Positions 27,001-42,000 are shown, numbered from the stretch's first letter. The stretch is 64,000 nucleotides of DNA from Isurus oxyrinchus (GCA_026770705.1 JANJGN010000021.1:80724001-80788000), one strand, 5' to 3'. Program-made: numbers and translations. The notes: generated from the sequence alone by a model not told the origin.

Positions 27001-30000
27001 TGGCCAGAGAGGCAACTTTTGGCAGTAGATTGTGGACAGGATGCCAGCAGTCCAGGTGATGAAAACAGCCACAGCTAGGGTTGTCAACTTTCCAGGATTG
27101 GCCTGGAGTCTCCAGAAACTGAAGATCAATCTCCAGGACAGTGCTATGTGCAGCCCTGGAGAAAAATCATAGGGATATTAAAAAAGATAGGTTTTATTTT
27201 TTAAAAATCTTGGAACATTTCTCTTTACCAGATATAAAAAAATATTTAAAATGGGGGTAGGGTGGGGAAGACTGCTTGGCTGACAGTCAAGCATCGTGCA
27301 ATTGGATATTGAGTTCATTTTGCTTCCCAATTGGGGTAGGAAGGCAATACATCACAAGGATGGAAGAATGGGTATGTTGGCTGACTAATGGCTGGAGCGT
27401 AGGGGGCAAAATGAAACCTCCAGGTACACGTTTAGTCACAGTTGGCAACTCTAGCCACAGCCCACCCTGTGAAGGGTTCCTTCAGCACCAGGAGCCCACC
27501 TGCCATCCCTAATTTAGAGGGTCAACACACTCTGTGGCCAATCCTATAAAAATTGTGTCAGCTGATTATTGCCACATTTGATCCTGGTGTAGATCCCAGA
27601 CTCCAAAGGGAAAATCCAGGCAGGATTTTTTTAAAAGCGGTTTACTGACTCCTGACTATGGGTAACCTTGGCCCTGGAACCTGTGGGAGTTCAGGAATAC
27701 TTAGCCTGACTGAGGGTCGATTTATTAGGGAACAGAGTCATTGCTTGATTCAATCCAACTATGGGATTGATATTTCAGTCGGTTTATTCCTGTTTTAATC
27801 GGGTTTTTTGGTTTAATAATGTTTATTCTCAGTGAGGTGCTGTGAGCTGTAATGCTGACTCTCTCTCTCTCACACACAGACCAGCACGAAGATTACCTGG
27901 TCTTCGTGGTTCAGGAGCAGAGTCCGGATAAACAGTTTGATCTGGAGGTGGACGGTGATGAGATTCTCTACATGGATTTCAAGCTGAAGAAGGAGGTGGC
28001 GCGGATCCCCGAGTTTAACAACCACGCAATACAGGGAGGAGAGGCGAGGATCTCAGCCAACATCGCCATCCTGAAACAGAATCTAAATGTGTGGAAGAAC
28101 CTGTCGCACGGGACCCCGGATCCGACATGTAAGTGACCGGGTTCACCCCCCAGGTCAGAGCTGGAACCGGGCTCAGTGAAACCACCGGGGCCCCGCCCCG
28201 GCCCCCCGGAGCCCCGCCCCGGCCCGCCCCCGGAGCCCCGGCCCCGCCCCGCCCCCGGAGCCCCGCCCCGCCCAGAGACCCCGCCCCGCCCCCGCGGAGC
28301 CCCGGCCCGGCCCCGGCCCCGCCACCCCGGAGCCCCGCCGCCGCGGCCCCGCCCCCGCCCCCCGGAGCCCCGCCCCGCCCCGAGCCCCCGCCCCGCCCAG
28401 AGCCCCGGCCCCGGAGCCCCGCCCCCCCCGGAGCCCCGCCCCGGCCCCGGAGCCCCGCCTCCAGTGATGGGTTAACCCGCAGCTCGAAGGGTCATGAGGA
28501 CTCGAAACGTCAACTCTTTTCTTCTCCGCCGATGCTGCCAGACCTGCTGAGTTTTTCCAGGTAATTCTGTTTTTGCTCTTTGCCCACTGCCCCTCCTGCT
28601 GGATTAATGTCCTTACTCCCCAGTCCCTGGGTTTTGGGCATTTAATCCCAAACAATTTGGGTTTTGGGAGAAAAGATATTTAAATCTTGATCCCATGGCG
28701 GAGATTGTAACTGGGAGCAGGTTCCAGGTGAATGGGGAATGCAGAGAATTACCTCCTGTTTAGTGAGAGTCTTTATGACCAGTGATTTTATTGGTCATAC
28801 CCTATTATCACAATATGGTAAACCACAGACTACAATAATATTTACCCAAACCAAACATCTCCCATTTCATATTTAAAAATTGTATGCAAAAATTACAAGA
28901 ATTTCAAACACAGCCCTGAAAGCACCTGGTCATTTTATGGTATGTGTGAGATTTGTTGTTGTTTGGTGCTGCAGCACGTGTTGGTGTACAGGACTGATGA
29001 ACAGTCAATTCCTTCTTTCATTGGCAATATCAGATCTGTCTCACAAGTTGTTTACTGTGGTGGAGAAGCTCTGCAGTTGAGTGTAGATGTTTGTGGCTGC
29101 AGCCATAGATCTAGTCATTCACCTTCACTGTACATCCAATTTGACAATATCTCCATTATATCGAGACAATAATCTAGAGACACTAACACCAAATCCAGGG
29201 ACATTTTACACCGAAACACCAAACTCAGGGGCCAACTCTTAGGAAATAAAATAAGGGACTCATCAAGTGCTGGTGATTGGGAGGTTGGGGTAAGCGCAAA
29301 GGGGTGGTGGTGGCAGATAAGTGCGACAGCAGGGTGGGTGGCTCAGTATGAGAGGAAGTGAGAAGAAGGGGTCTTGAAATTATAATGGGGGTAGAAAATC
29401 AACGAAAACTTGCAGCATATCTTTCTGAGTCATGACATTATTGTCTCTCTGCTGGCCATCTGAACTCACTTGCAAACCTATTTGAATCATCAGACTCACC
29501 TGGGATCAACCTCCCACAGAAATACAAGACAAATAGCTTCCTTTAAGGGATATGGGACAATTCCTTAAATTACAGGACAATTGAGCACCCTGCCAGGAAA
29601 CTGCACCTGGACTGTGTCGCCAAATCTAGGGACCACTTACACCCTTGAGATCCAGGGACCACTAGAAAGACAAGCAGACACATGAGAACATCATCACCTG
29701 TAAGTTCCCCTCCAAGCCACTTGGAAATATATGACTGTTCCTTCACTGTCGTTGGGTCAAAATACCCTTCCTAACAGCACAGTGGGTGTACCTACACCAC
29801 ATGGACTGCTGCGGTTGAAGAAGGCAGCTCATCACCTTCTCAAGGGCAGTTAGGGATGAGCAATAAATCTGGCTTAGTCAGTGAAGCCCACATCCCGTGA
29901 ATGAATTAAAAAGAAACTAATACTGAGACACTGCATCCAGGGACTGCTTAAACCAAGACATCGCATCCAGGGACCGCTTACACCGAATCCAGGGACCGCT

Positions 30001-33000
30001 TACACCGAGACACCAAATCCAGGGACTGCTTACCACCGAATCCAGGGACCGCTTACACCGAATCCGGGGACCGCTTACACCGAATCCGGGGACCGCTTAC
30101 ACCGAGACACCAAATCCAGGGACCGCTTACACGAGGCACCGAATCCAGGGACCGCTTACACCGAGACACCAAATCCAGGGACCGCTTACACTGAGACACC
30201 GAATCCAGGGACCACTTACACCGAATCCATGGACCGCTTACACCGAGACACCAAATCCAGGGTCCGCTTACACCGAGACACCAAATCCAGGGACCGCTTA
30301 CACCGAGACACCAAATCCAAGGACCACTTACACTGAATCCAGGGACCGCTTACACTGAGACACCAAATCCAGGAACCGCTTACACCGAGATACTGAATCC
30401 AGGGACCGCTGACGCCGAATCCAGGGACCGCTGACGCCGAATCCAGGGACCGCTGACACCGAGACACCGAATCCAGGGACCGCTGACACCGAGACACCGA
30501 ACCCAGGGACCGCTTACACCGAGACACCGAATCCAGGGACCACTTACACCGAATCCAGGGACCACTTACACCGAGACACCGAATCCAGGGACCACTTACA
30601 CCAAATCCTGGGTCCGCTTACACCGAGACACCAAATCCAGGGACCGCTTACACCAAGACACCGAATCCAGGGACCACTTACACCAAATCCTGGGTCCGCT
30701 TACACCGAGACACCAAATCCAGGGACCGCTTACACCGAATCAAGGGACCACTTACACTGAATCCAGGGACCGCTTACACTGAGACACCAAATCCAGGGAC
30801 CGCTTACACCGAATCCAGGAACCGCTTACACCAAGATACTGAATCCAGGGACCGCTGACGCCAAATCCAGGGACCGCTGACACCGAGACACCGAATCCAG
30901 GGACCGCTGACACCGAGACACCGAATCCAGGGACCGCTGACACCGAGACACCGAATCCAGGGACCGCTGACGCCGAGACACCGAATCCAGGGACCACTTA
31001 CACCGAATCCATGGACTGCTTACACCGAGACACCAAATCCAGGGACCGCTTACACCGAGACACCAAATCCAGGGACCGCTTACACCGAGACACCAAATCC
31101 AGGGACCGCTTACACCGAATCCAGGGACTACTTACACTGAATCCAGGGACCGCTTACACTGAGACACCAAATCCAGGGACCGCTTACACCGAGACACCGA
31201 ATCCAGGGACCGCTTACACCGAATCCAGGAACCGCTTACACCGAGATACTGAATCCAGGGACCGCTGACACCGAATCCAGGGACCGCTGACGCCGAGACA
31301 CCGAATCCAGGGACCGCTGACGCCGAGACACCGAATCCAGGGACCGCTGACGCCGAGACACCGAATCCAGGGACCGTTTACACCGAATCCAGGAACCGCT
31401 TACACCGAATCTAGGGACCACTTACACCGAGACACCGAATCCAGGGACCGCTGATGCCAAATCCAGTGACCGCTGGTACCGAGACACCGAATCCAGGGAC
31501 CGCTTACGCCAAATCCAGGGACCGCTTACACCTGGACACCGAATCCAGGGACCGCTGATAACGTGACTTGCACAGAGACAGCAATTCCAAGAATGGTAGG
31601 AGTTGCTATCTTTTCTGAAATGCTCTACTCTATTTGTTTTGTCCCATGAATTTCAAGAGATCATTGACTCACTCAAAATGTTATTATGCTTAATGGGCTT
31701 AGTTTATTCGTATCGTGATTACAGATTTAACATTGGCAAGATTTGAAATGGTTACATAAAAATTAAAATGGCTACAGAAAATGAATATAGAAGAAACGGG
31801 TTGAGAACTGATAATAAAGAGAGCAGCACCTGCGTTGTTACTTTACTCCCAGCAAGTCAACTCTTCACTGATATCTAATGTCAGAATTTTTAAATATTCT
31901 TTTATGGGATGTGTGCATTGCTGGCATTTGTTGCTTTTGAACTGAGTGGTTTGCTTGGCCATTCTAGAGGGAAGTTAAGAGTCAATCATATTGCTGTGGG
32001 TCTGGAATCACACGTAGACCAGACCAGGTAAGGACGGCAGATTTCCTTCCCTAAAGGACAGTGAACCAGACAGGTTTTTATGATGATCGGCGATGGTTTC
32101 ATGGTCACCATTACTGAGACTAGCTTTCAACTCCAGATTTTTTATCAATTTAATTTGTTACTTAATTGAATTTAAATTCCACCAGTGGAATTTAAACCCT
32201 AACCTCAGATATCAGCTTGGACCTCTGGATGTTCTCCTCTCCAGAGACTAATTGCAGTGCCAGGTGGGAAAGTTGGCACATTTTCTGCCAGCTGGCATGG
32301 CAGGTTTCCACACCAGACCGTCCACTTTGCACCTCGTGATATATACATGAATGAGCAGCACGTCCTTCTCGCGGTGGGGCAGACTGGGATTCGGCTGGCT
32401 TGCCGTTACCTTAGTGGCATTCTGGCCAAATTCTGACGCTACCTATTGGCTCGTATTGCCAGGCGTCATATTTAAACAGCACACATTCACTCTCTGCAGC
32501 CCAGTCATGGTGTGCACCAGAATGGCCGCCAGAAGAGACAAACGTGTACGGCCAAATTCATCGACAATGCACTGGCGACACTCCTCCAGGCAGTTGAGGA
32601 TCGATGGGAGATACTTTTCCCCCGTCATAGGAGCCGGAGGTCCACCAATCTCACCACCAAGTCTTGGGAGGAATTCGCCAGAGCGGGTTAGTGCCTGCTA
32701 TCTGCTATCAGGAAGAGCATAAATGATCTCATCTGTTCCACTAGGGTAAGTGAACCTTCTCCTCACACTCAACTCACACTCTCTTAAGTCCATCAGGCAT
32801 AAACAGGGTTGTAGTCCACAGGGATCTTGCACTGTACCATCACAAACGACATCATCACTGATTCTCTCATGCACACTTCATCTCTTGTCATTCTTCACAA
32901 GTCGCGTCCTCAGCTCTTACATATGTCCACTCAGCACACACAGAAGGTAGGTATGCTTATCAACTGCTTTGGCATCCATACAGCTCATTGTCTGACCATC

Positions 33001-36000
33001 TGTCGGTTTGCAGGACAAGATCGTTTGCAACAACAAGGAGAGATCCCAGGCTGGAGCTCAGGCCACTCGCTACCTTCAATGAGCAGGCAGCAGAGCTGGC
33101 TGGTGAGGACAGAGACCATTGCTGTGCCAAAGGCAAGACCAGCATGACCACTGACTGCTCTTTAACGTAGGTGACTATCCAGCCAATCACTAATTATCCC
33201 TATTTTCTATTATAGCCACCAGCAAGAAAAGGAGGAGACACACCGCTAGCCAGCCCATCAGCCCCTGCCCCCAGACCACCTTGGACGATGATCCTGAGGA
33301 CCTGCTAAATGAAGACCCGTCAATGCATTCATCTGCACCCTCCATCAGTGCAGAGACATGCACCTTGATAGGACCTAGTTTCAGAGCAGGCTCAGGGTCA
33401 CCATCTGGTCAACACAACACAGAATCTGGTCCACAGCAGGCAAAGGCAGTGACAGCCAAGGTCTCTGACACTCGGAGGACTGCTGGAGACCAGACTCCTG
33501 CTGAGTTTGAATCCGATGACGAGCCTCTGGATCAGCCCTCAGAGAGATGTTGGAGCTGCAAAGACAGACAGGTAAGGCTGTCAGAGACCGTCAGCAGATT
33601 AGAACGGAGGATGGAAGAGTCTGCATTCCATCTGATGTCTATGTGCTGACAAAAAAAGGAATGAAACCAGACGGACCACCCAGCATCTACCTAGGCACCG
33701 AGAACTGACCTAGCTGGCCGAGTCCTAAAGGACATAGCTGCTAGACTGTGTCTGCGGCAGATGGTGAGGGAACCAACAAGAGGGAAAAACATGGTGACCT
33801 CATCCTCACCAACCTGCCTGCCCCAGATGCATCTGTCCATGACAGTATCGGTACGAGTGACCACTGCACAGTCGTTGTGAAGATGAAGTCCCGCCTCACA
33901 TTGAGGATACCCTCCATCGTATTTGTGGCACTATTTCGGTGCTAAATGGGACAGATTTCGAACAGATCTAGCAACTCAAGACTGGGCCATCAGCAGCAGT
34001 AGAATTGTACTCAAACACAACCTGTAACCTCATGGCCCAGTATATCCTCCACTCTACCATTACCATCAAGCCAGGGCAATTAACCATGGTTCAATGAAGA
34101 GTGCAGGAGGACATGCCAGGTGCAGCACCAGACATACCTAAAAATGAGTTGTCAACCTGGTGAACCTATAAAACAGGACTACTTGCGTGCCAAACAGCAT
34201 AAGCAGCAAGTGATAGACAGAGCCAAGCGATTGCACAACCAACGGATCAGATCTAAGCTCTGCAGTCCTGCCACATCCAGTCGTGAATGGTGGTGAACAA
34301 TGAAACAAATCACTGGAGGAGGAGGCTCCACAAATATCCCCATCCTCAATGATGGCGGAGCCCAGCACATCAGTGCAAAAGGTAAGGCTGAAGCACTTGC
34401 TACAATCTTCAGCCAGAAGTGCCAATGGATGATCCATCTCGGCCTCCTCTGCGGGTCCCCAGCATCACAGATGCCAGTCTTCAGTGCATTTGATTCACTC
34501 CACGGGATACCAAGAAACAGCTGAAGGCACTGGATACTGGAAATGCTATGGGCCCTGACAACATAGCGGCAATAGTACTGAAGACTTGTGCTCCAGAACT
34601 TGCTGCACCCCTAGCCAAGCTGTTCCAGCACAGCTACAACACTGGCACCCACCCGGTTATGTGGAAAATTGCCCATGTATGTCCTGTACACAGAAAGCAG
34701 GACAAATCCAACCTGACCAATTACTGCCCCATCAGTCTATTCTCGATCATCAGTAAAGTGATGGAAGGGGTTGTTAACAGTTCTAGCAAACAGCACTTGC
34801 TTCACAATAACCTGCTCACTGACACCCAGTTTGGGTTCTGCCAGGGATACTCAGCTCCTGACCTTGTCACAGCCTTGGTTCAAACATGGACAAAAGATTT
34901 GAACTCCCGAGGTGAAGTGACATCAAGGCAGCATTTGACCGAGTGTGGCATCAAGGAGCCCTTGCAAAACTCAAGTCAATGGGAATCAGGGGGAAAACTC
35001 TCCACTGGTTAGAGTCATACCTAGCACAAAGGAAGATGGTTGTGGTTGTTGGAGGTTAGTCATCTCAGCTCCAGGACATCACTGCAGGAGTTCCTCAGGG
35101 TAGTGTCCTAGGCCCAACCATCTTCAGCTGCTTCAACAATGACCTTCCCTCCATCATATGGTCAGAAATGGGGATGTTCACTGATGATTGCACAATGTTC
35201 AGCAGCATTTGCGACTCCTCAGATACTGAAGCAGTCCATGTCCAAATGCAGCAAGACCTGGATAATATCCAGGCTTGGGCTGACACGTGGCAAGTGACAT
35301 TCACGCCACACAAGTACCAGGCAATGACCATCTCCAACAAGAGAGAATCTAACCATCTCCTCTTGATGTTCAATGGCATTACCACCACTGAATCCCCCAC
35401 TATCAACATGACCAGAAACTGAACTGGACTAGCCATATAAATACTGTGGCTACAAGAACAGGTCAGAGGCTAGGAATCGTGCAATGAGTAACTCACCTCC
35501 TGACTCCTCAAAGCCTGTCCACCATCTACAAGGCACAAGTCAGGAATGTGATGGAATCCTCCCCACTTGCCTGGATGAGTGCAGCTCCCACAATACTGAA
35601 GAAGCTGGACACCGTCCAGGACAAAGCAGTCCATTTGATTGGCACCACATCCACAAACATTCACTCCCTCCACCACCAACACACAGTGGCAGCTGTGTGT
35701 ACCATCTACAAGAAGCACTGCAGGAATTCACCAAGGCTCCTTAGGCCGCACCTTCCAAGCCCATGACCACTACCATCTAGAAGGACAAGAGCAGCAGACA
35801 CATGAGAACACCACCACCTGGAAGTTCCCCTCCAAGTCACTCACCATCCTGACTTGGAAATATATCGCTGTTCCTTCAGTGTTGCTCAGTCAAAATCCAG
35901 GAACTCCCTTCCTAACAGCACTGTGGGTGTACCTACACCACATGCACTGCAGCGGTTCAAGAAGGCAGCTCACCACCATCTTCTCAAGGGCAATTTGGGA

Positions 36001-39000
36001 TGGGCAATAAATGCTGGCCCAGCCAACGAAACCTATATCCTGTGAATGAATTAAAAAAAAAATGCCAGAGCATCGAGGTCACTTTTGAGACTGTGGTGAC
36101 TGTCATGGAGACTTTGGTCCAGTAGTTTGTGCTGGATATGCCCTCGGCCTGCACACCATCGCTGTAGCCATGAGTGGATCCATTAGTGGCTATGTGAGAG
36201 GGAGACAGGGCACTTGTCAAGGAGTCAGGGAGGGGTCTCTGACGCCCACAGGGAGGAGGAGGAGAGTCAGCTGGACAGCCCTGGGCAATCCACGCAGGAT
36301 GCTCCTGGGCTGTCCAGCCTCTCCAAATCCCCTCTGCCTGTGACCCCAGCAACTCCAGCTGCTCAGGCCAAGGAGACATCTGCCCCACAGCAGGAGAACC
36401 AAAGCAGGTCGGGTCCCTCCAGGCCTCGGGCCTCCAGAGGACACCGCCAAGTTCATCACAGACAACAGGGCATAACAGTCATAAGGCTGCCTCCACCTCT
36501 GCTGTGGATGTTGGGGAAGCACCAAGGTATAGCGATAGGTTAAGAAAAATTAATAAATACTGAGAGCACAATGGTGGCATGGGTGTTCAATCACTGTATA
36601 CACTTTGCACATCTGTAAATATATTTTGCTTATCAGAAATTTTCATTTAGTGAATGGCTTTTCTATCAGATACAATGCTCTAAGATCATACAAGTGTAAC
36701 AGATGCCCTCTGCCCCCGCCCTCACTTATCTCACATCCCTCAGGCCTACAATGTTTCACACAGTCTCAGTACAGTGAGCCACAATTCTGTCCACAGCAGT
36801 GACATGAACAAAGCCTCTTGCTGTTTCAACATGGTGATTGGGTAATGCATATCTTAGCTTGTGTCTGAGGATCATATCATGTGGCATCATGAGTATAGAT
36901 TTTGCAATTTTCCTTATTCTCCTGATGCTGCTGCACTAAAGTCTGATCTCTGTGGATGTTTTAGGTTTTAATGGTGACCTACATTGGAGTCATTCTCACT
37001 TGGTGCACAGTACAGTTCAATGGTCTCCATGTAATGCCTGTCAGGCTTGGGTGTGAGTTACATTTCAAGTAATAGTTGGGAACCTTAGCTGTTCATAGCA
37101 GCCTGAAGCATGATGTCATGACTGCGTGCACAGTTAGACATCACCCCTATAGTAGTTCCCATTCTCACCTGCATGATGCAGAGATATGGGCCTAGTTATC
37201 ACTTGGTGACTCTTAAAATGTTTGCTAGATGGCAGCGACTATGCAAGATCTGCCTAGGCTCCTGATGCCAGACTATTAAATAGAAGGACGCTACTCAGGA
37301 CTTGAATGTCTGGCTAGTGTGGCTTGACAGAGTCCCTGAGCCAAATCTCTGATGGGCAGTCGACGTGGTTATCTGACCGTGATAGTGCCATCAGTATCCC
37401 AGATTTCCGTGTGTATACATGAAACTACTGGAATGAAAATGCGAAGATCTCAAAATGGGATCAGAGCAAAGTTCCACTACATCTGATGCGAGGTCTTTAT
37501 CAACAAAGTTACTAATTAATGCCAAATGCAATGTCGGCATTTTCTGGCCCACAGATACCAAGGCTAGGCTGCACGTGAGCTTGGGAAGCTCCCCATCCGA
37601 AGACTGGGTCTTGAGTGCTTATCAATGATAAGACGATGGTGCTGCTGAACTTCCCTCTTTGCACAGTGGTGACCTGAATTTCAGACTCGCATCTGTGACT
37701 GAGAGTGACTGATCACTGCTTCCTAAAGAACGACCTCATGTTGGGGTCTCATTATGATGACGAGGCCAGACATTATTCTTGTGTGAGGGATGGCCTGTGG
37801 AGAGATGCCGCAGTCTGGATTCAAATCAGACCTCAGATGTTAATGTGGGAACCAGTGATTGATAATTGTCCTCCTTGAGGTGCATTGCAATGCTCCATGA
37901 GAGCACTGAGGTTTGCAGTGCTTCTCCTGCCTCTTGAAGGCTGCCATAGGCAGTGAAAAGCGATGCTTGAAAAGACTGCCCCATGTCTAATTTCTTCACA
38001 CTGCGCACTGGCGGCGTTCTTATCCCATTAACAGAATGGCCACCTGCTCCATCGGCTGTCTAGCCTTCCAAGGATGAGGCCATTGTGACACAAGATTGTG
38101 ACTACATTTTCTGAGAGTGATGACTTTCACTGACACATCCTTTTCTATCCTCAATATCTCAGTGTCGAGCTTGCATGGGGAGGGCACAGGTGAAAGATCG
38201 TTTGAGCTATTCATTTTCATCATCCTGGAACTTTGTGGCTATAAGGATCTCACGGACACGTCTGGCTCATGCTATGGCATCGTCCCCGGAGCCTCAGCAT
38301 CCTCATCAAGCTCAGCCCTCCTTGACTTCCTCCTCATCAGAGAAGAGGTGCAGCCCCTCCATCTCTCCATCTGGCAACTCATCCCTCCTTTGGAGTGCTA
38401 GGTTGTGTAGAGTGAGAAAACCATGATGATGGGGTACACCCTCTGGGGAGAGTACTGGAGAGCACCGCCTGACCGGTCCAGACATTGGAAATGTATCTTC
38501 AGCATGCCACTGGTCTGCTCGATCACGGAGCATGCCGAGGAATGACCTATATTGTACCTCTCCTCTGAAGCACTTTGTGGCTGCCAAATGGACGTCATTA
38601 GCCATGTCTTTTGTGAGTAGCCTTTATCACCAAGGAGCCAACCCTGAATGTGCTGAGGGCCCTCGAAGATCTCTGGCACCTGTGAGTGACTCGATATAAG
38701 AGTCATGGGAGCTCCCAGGGTACCTCGCACAGGCTTGCATAATCTGCTTCTGTTGGCAGCTGCATGTTGAGAGAATAGAAGCCTTTTTCATTCATGAATC
38801 TTACTGGCTGCTGTTAGGGAGCTCTTAAGGTCACATGAGTGTAGTCGATGGCACCCTACATCTGTGGGAATCTGGAGATCGCTTCAAATCCCACTTCTCT
38901 GACAGCCTGGCTGGCTTCATTCAGGAAGAACTGGACATAATTGTCTGCCTTGCTGCATAGGGCTTCAGTGACCTCCCTTATGCGTTTGAGTGGAGGATTG

Positions 39001-42000
39001 TGATATTCCACAGAGGTGTCCAGTGGAGCCATGGAGCGAGTCACTCACAAAAAAGTTGAATGTGGCGGTCACCGTTAGAGGCATTGGTGAGGGATGGCCT
39101 TCCTGGCTGTACTGTGCCAGATCCTCCTGAAAATGTGGCACATGTGAGCCACCACCTCGCTCTCACTCTCTTGCTCTTTCTCTAAACCATGCAGTTTTTG
39201 TTTAAACCATCATTTGCCTTTGCCCAGAAAATTATCTTTTGCTTTCTCCAGCAATTTTCCATTATGTGAAGCCCCTTTATAGTCAATTTTCCAGGAAAAG
39301 AAGTTTATATTTTGCTAGAAAACCTTATCTCAATTAAAGGTCTAGTCTTCATAATTAAAACACTGGTGTCTCTGGCTGGCCTGTAATCGCTGTTGTTTTC
39401 CTTGATTACATTTTTTTTGTCTCACGACTTGGTTAAGGTTTATTTTAGAAAATAACTGTATAACAGAGTCCATGTTCATTGCAGCAAGACCTGGACAATA
39501 TCCAGGCTTGGGCTGACAAGTGCCAGGCAATTACCATCTCCCATCTAACCATCACCCCATTGACATTCAATGGCATTACCATCACTGAATCCCTTGCTGT
39601 CAACATCCTGGGAGTTACCATTGACCAGAAACTGAACTTGACTAGCCATTTAAATACTGTGACTACAAGAGCAGGTCAGAGGCTAGGAATCGTGCAGTGA
39701 GTAACTCACCTCCTGCCTCCTCAAAGCCTGTCCACAATCTTCAAGACCCAAGTCAGGAGTGTGATGGAATACTCTTGCCTGGATAAGTGCAGCTCCAATA
39801 ACACTCATGAAGCTCAACACCATCCCACCCAAATGAGCCTGCTTGATTGGCATCTCATACACCACCTTCAACATTCACTCCCTCCACCCTCGACACACAA
39901 TGGAAGCAATGTTTACCATCTACAAGATGCAGTGCAGCAACCCACCAAGGCTCCTAAAACAGCACTTTCCAAATCAAACTGCTATCACCTAGAACAAGGG
40001 CAGCAGACACATGCTTTCCAAACAGTTTTTACAGCACAGGAACAGACCATTAGGACTGATGGGTCCATCCGAAGGTTACACTCCACATGAGCCTCCTCAG
40101 CCTAATCTCCTCTTTCTTTCTCCCATTTATCAATTATGTTTAATTACCATAACACTTCATGATTATTTGAGCCATTCAAGATTTTTGGTTCCACAGCTGC
40201 ATGAAAGATGTTACAGATTCGTGCTGAACACAATTTTTTAATGAACTGATGTCAGATTGATTCACTTGGTAAGACTCTTGCCCTTGAATCAGAAAGTTTA
40301 TGGTTCAAGTCCCACATAGAGAATTAAGCATAAAATTTAAGTTGACATTGCAGCAAATCACCAAGGTTACTTTAGCAGCACCTCCCTCCTTGATAACCTC
40401 CACCATTGAGAAGTCAAGAGGAACAATGGGCAGAATCTTCTGGTCCCACCAGCAGTGGGAGGCTTGGCAGCTGAGGGAACTTAATTTGATGAGGCCAAGA
40501 TTTAGTTTTCTGACGTCAGGATGAACTTTAGGAATTCTTTTCTCGGGAATTCAAAGTGGGTCGAGCTTCCAGCAAACAATATCGGGAAGCCCTTTTGCAT
40601 TAGCATGTCATACCTGCTCATTAAAAGGCCAGCTTGCTGGAATTAAGATCCCCTTCAAGTTAAGTTCCCCACCAGTCAGAAATTAAAATGTTCACTTTTG
40701 CAACTGTATGCACGTGGCATGCACCTGACAAAATTGACTTCTTCCATGATTAATGGTGAGTTGGTGCTACATTGCCTTCTTTGGGGTGTGTCTGTAAATG
40801 CCAGCCTATGCTTGAGACCTTCTGGTGGCAGTGCAGGAAGGAGGGAGGAAGAGTTAATGAAGAAGGGTGCAGCAGTGGCTGGGCAAAGGTGGAAGGGGTA
40901 GTGCAGGCTGTTCGAGTGCCTTTTAAGCATGGTGCCCAGACCATGAACCCCATGAGGTAAGTTGGAGGGGGAGCTTGATGAGGTAACGGTGGGATGGCAA
41001 CTTCCTGCCCAACCCTGCTGCAAGATTCGCCGAGCTCTGCACAGATGCATAGATAATGAGAAGAGCAATGCAAGATCACGCATGTTCAGCCATTCCGCCA
41101 CCCCTAGCAGAAATCACTCCCACTTCTGCTCCAGCCACCAAACTTGGACTCCAAAGCAGAAGATTCTGCCCAATGTATGAGAACAACATGATCTCCAACT
41201 TATCCTCCAAGTGACACATTATCCTGATTAGACATCTATTGCCTTTCATCATCATCACTGATAAATATCCTGGAATTTCTTACCTAAGAGCACTGTGGGA
41301 GCTGTGTTACAGAATTGTTAAAGCACAGGAAGGGGCCATTTGGCCCGTCACTTCATCCCCGGCTGTGCCGTCCTTTCCCTGTAGCACTGCATCATTTTCC
41401 TTTTCAGATAATGATCCAATTCCTTCTTGAATTCCTTGATTGAGCTTGACTCCACCACACTCTCAGGCAGTACATTCCAGATCCTAACTACTCTCTGCAT
41501 GAAGAAGTTTCTCCTCATGTTGCCATTTCTTCTTTTGTCAATTACCTTAAATCTGTTCCCTCTGATTCTTGATCTTTCCACCAGTGGGAATAGTCTTTCC
41601 CTATCTACTCTGTCCAGACTCCTCATGGTTTTAAATATCTCTATCAAATCTCCTCTCAACCTTCTCTTCTACAAGGAAAACAGTCCTAAATGCTCCAGTC
41701 TTTCTATGTAATTTAAGTTTCTCACTCTTGAACCATTCTTGTGAATTTTTTCTGCACCCTCTCTAATGCCTTCACATTTTTCCTACAGTGTGGTGCCCAG
41801 AACTGTACATAATACTCCAGTAGAGGCTGAACCAGTGTTTTATACAGGTTTAACATAACTTCCTTGCTTTTGTACTCTATGCCCCTATTGATAAAGCCCA
41901 GGACACCATATACTTGATTAACCGCGCTCTCAATCTGCCCTGCCACTTTCAATGATTTTGCACATGTACAGCCAGGTCCCTCTGTGTCTGCAACCCCTTT

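Larger units (their letters stand above)
32260..39160. mobile_element. Decayed PIF/Harbinger transposon: spliced Myb/SANT gene on +, transposase on -, interrupted by a LINE
   Basis: A Myb-like exon at about 32522-32745 ends in ag-g|gtaagt. A convergent HARBI1/DDE_Tnp_4-like frame reads GWLLGDKGY...LMT...EERYN..H...[25 protein letters not shown]. Confidence 0.75.

Noticed and set aside
28133-28655. Pro/Arg/Gly-rich ORFs behind exon 2
   Set aside because: They are artefacts of the GC-rich repeat plus a Penelope fragment, and lie after the exon 2 donor.
29925-31560. CRISPR-like appearance of the 22/30-bp array
   Set aside because: There are no unique spacers or cas genes, and the context is a vertebrate intron.
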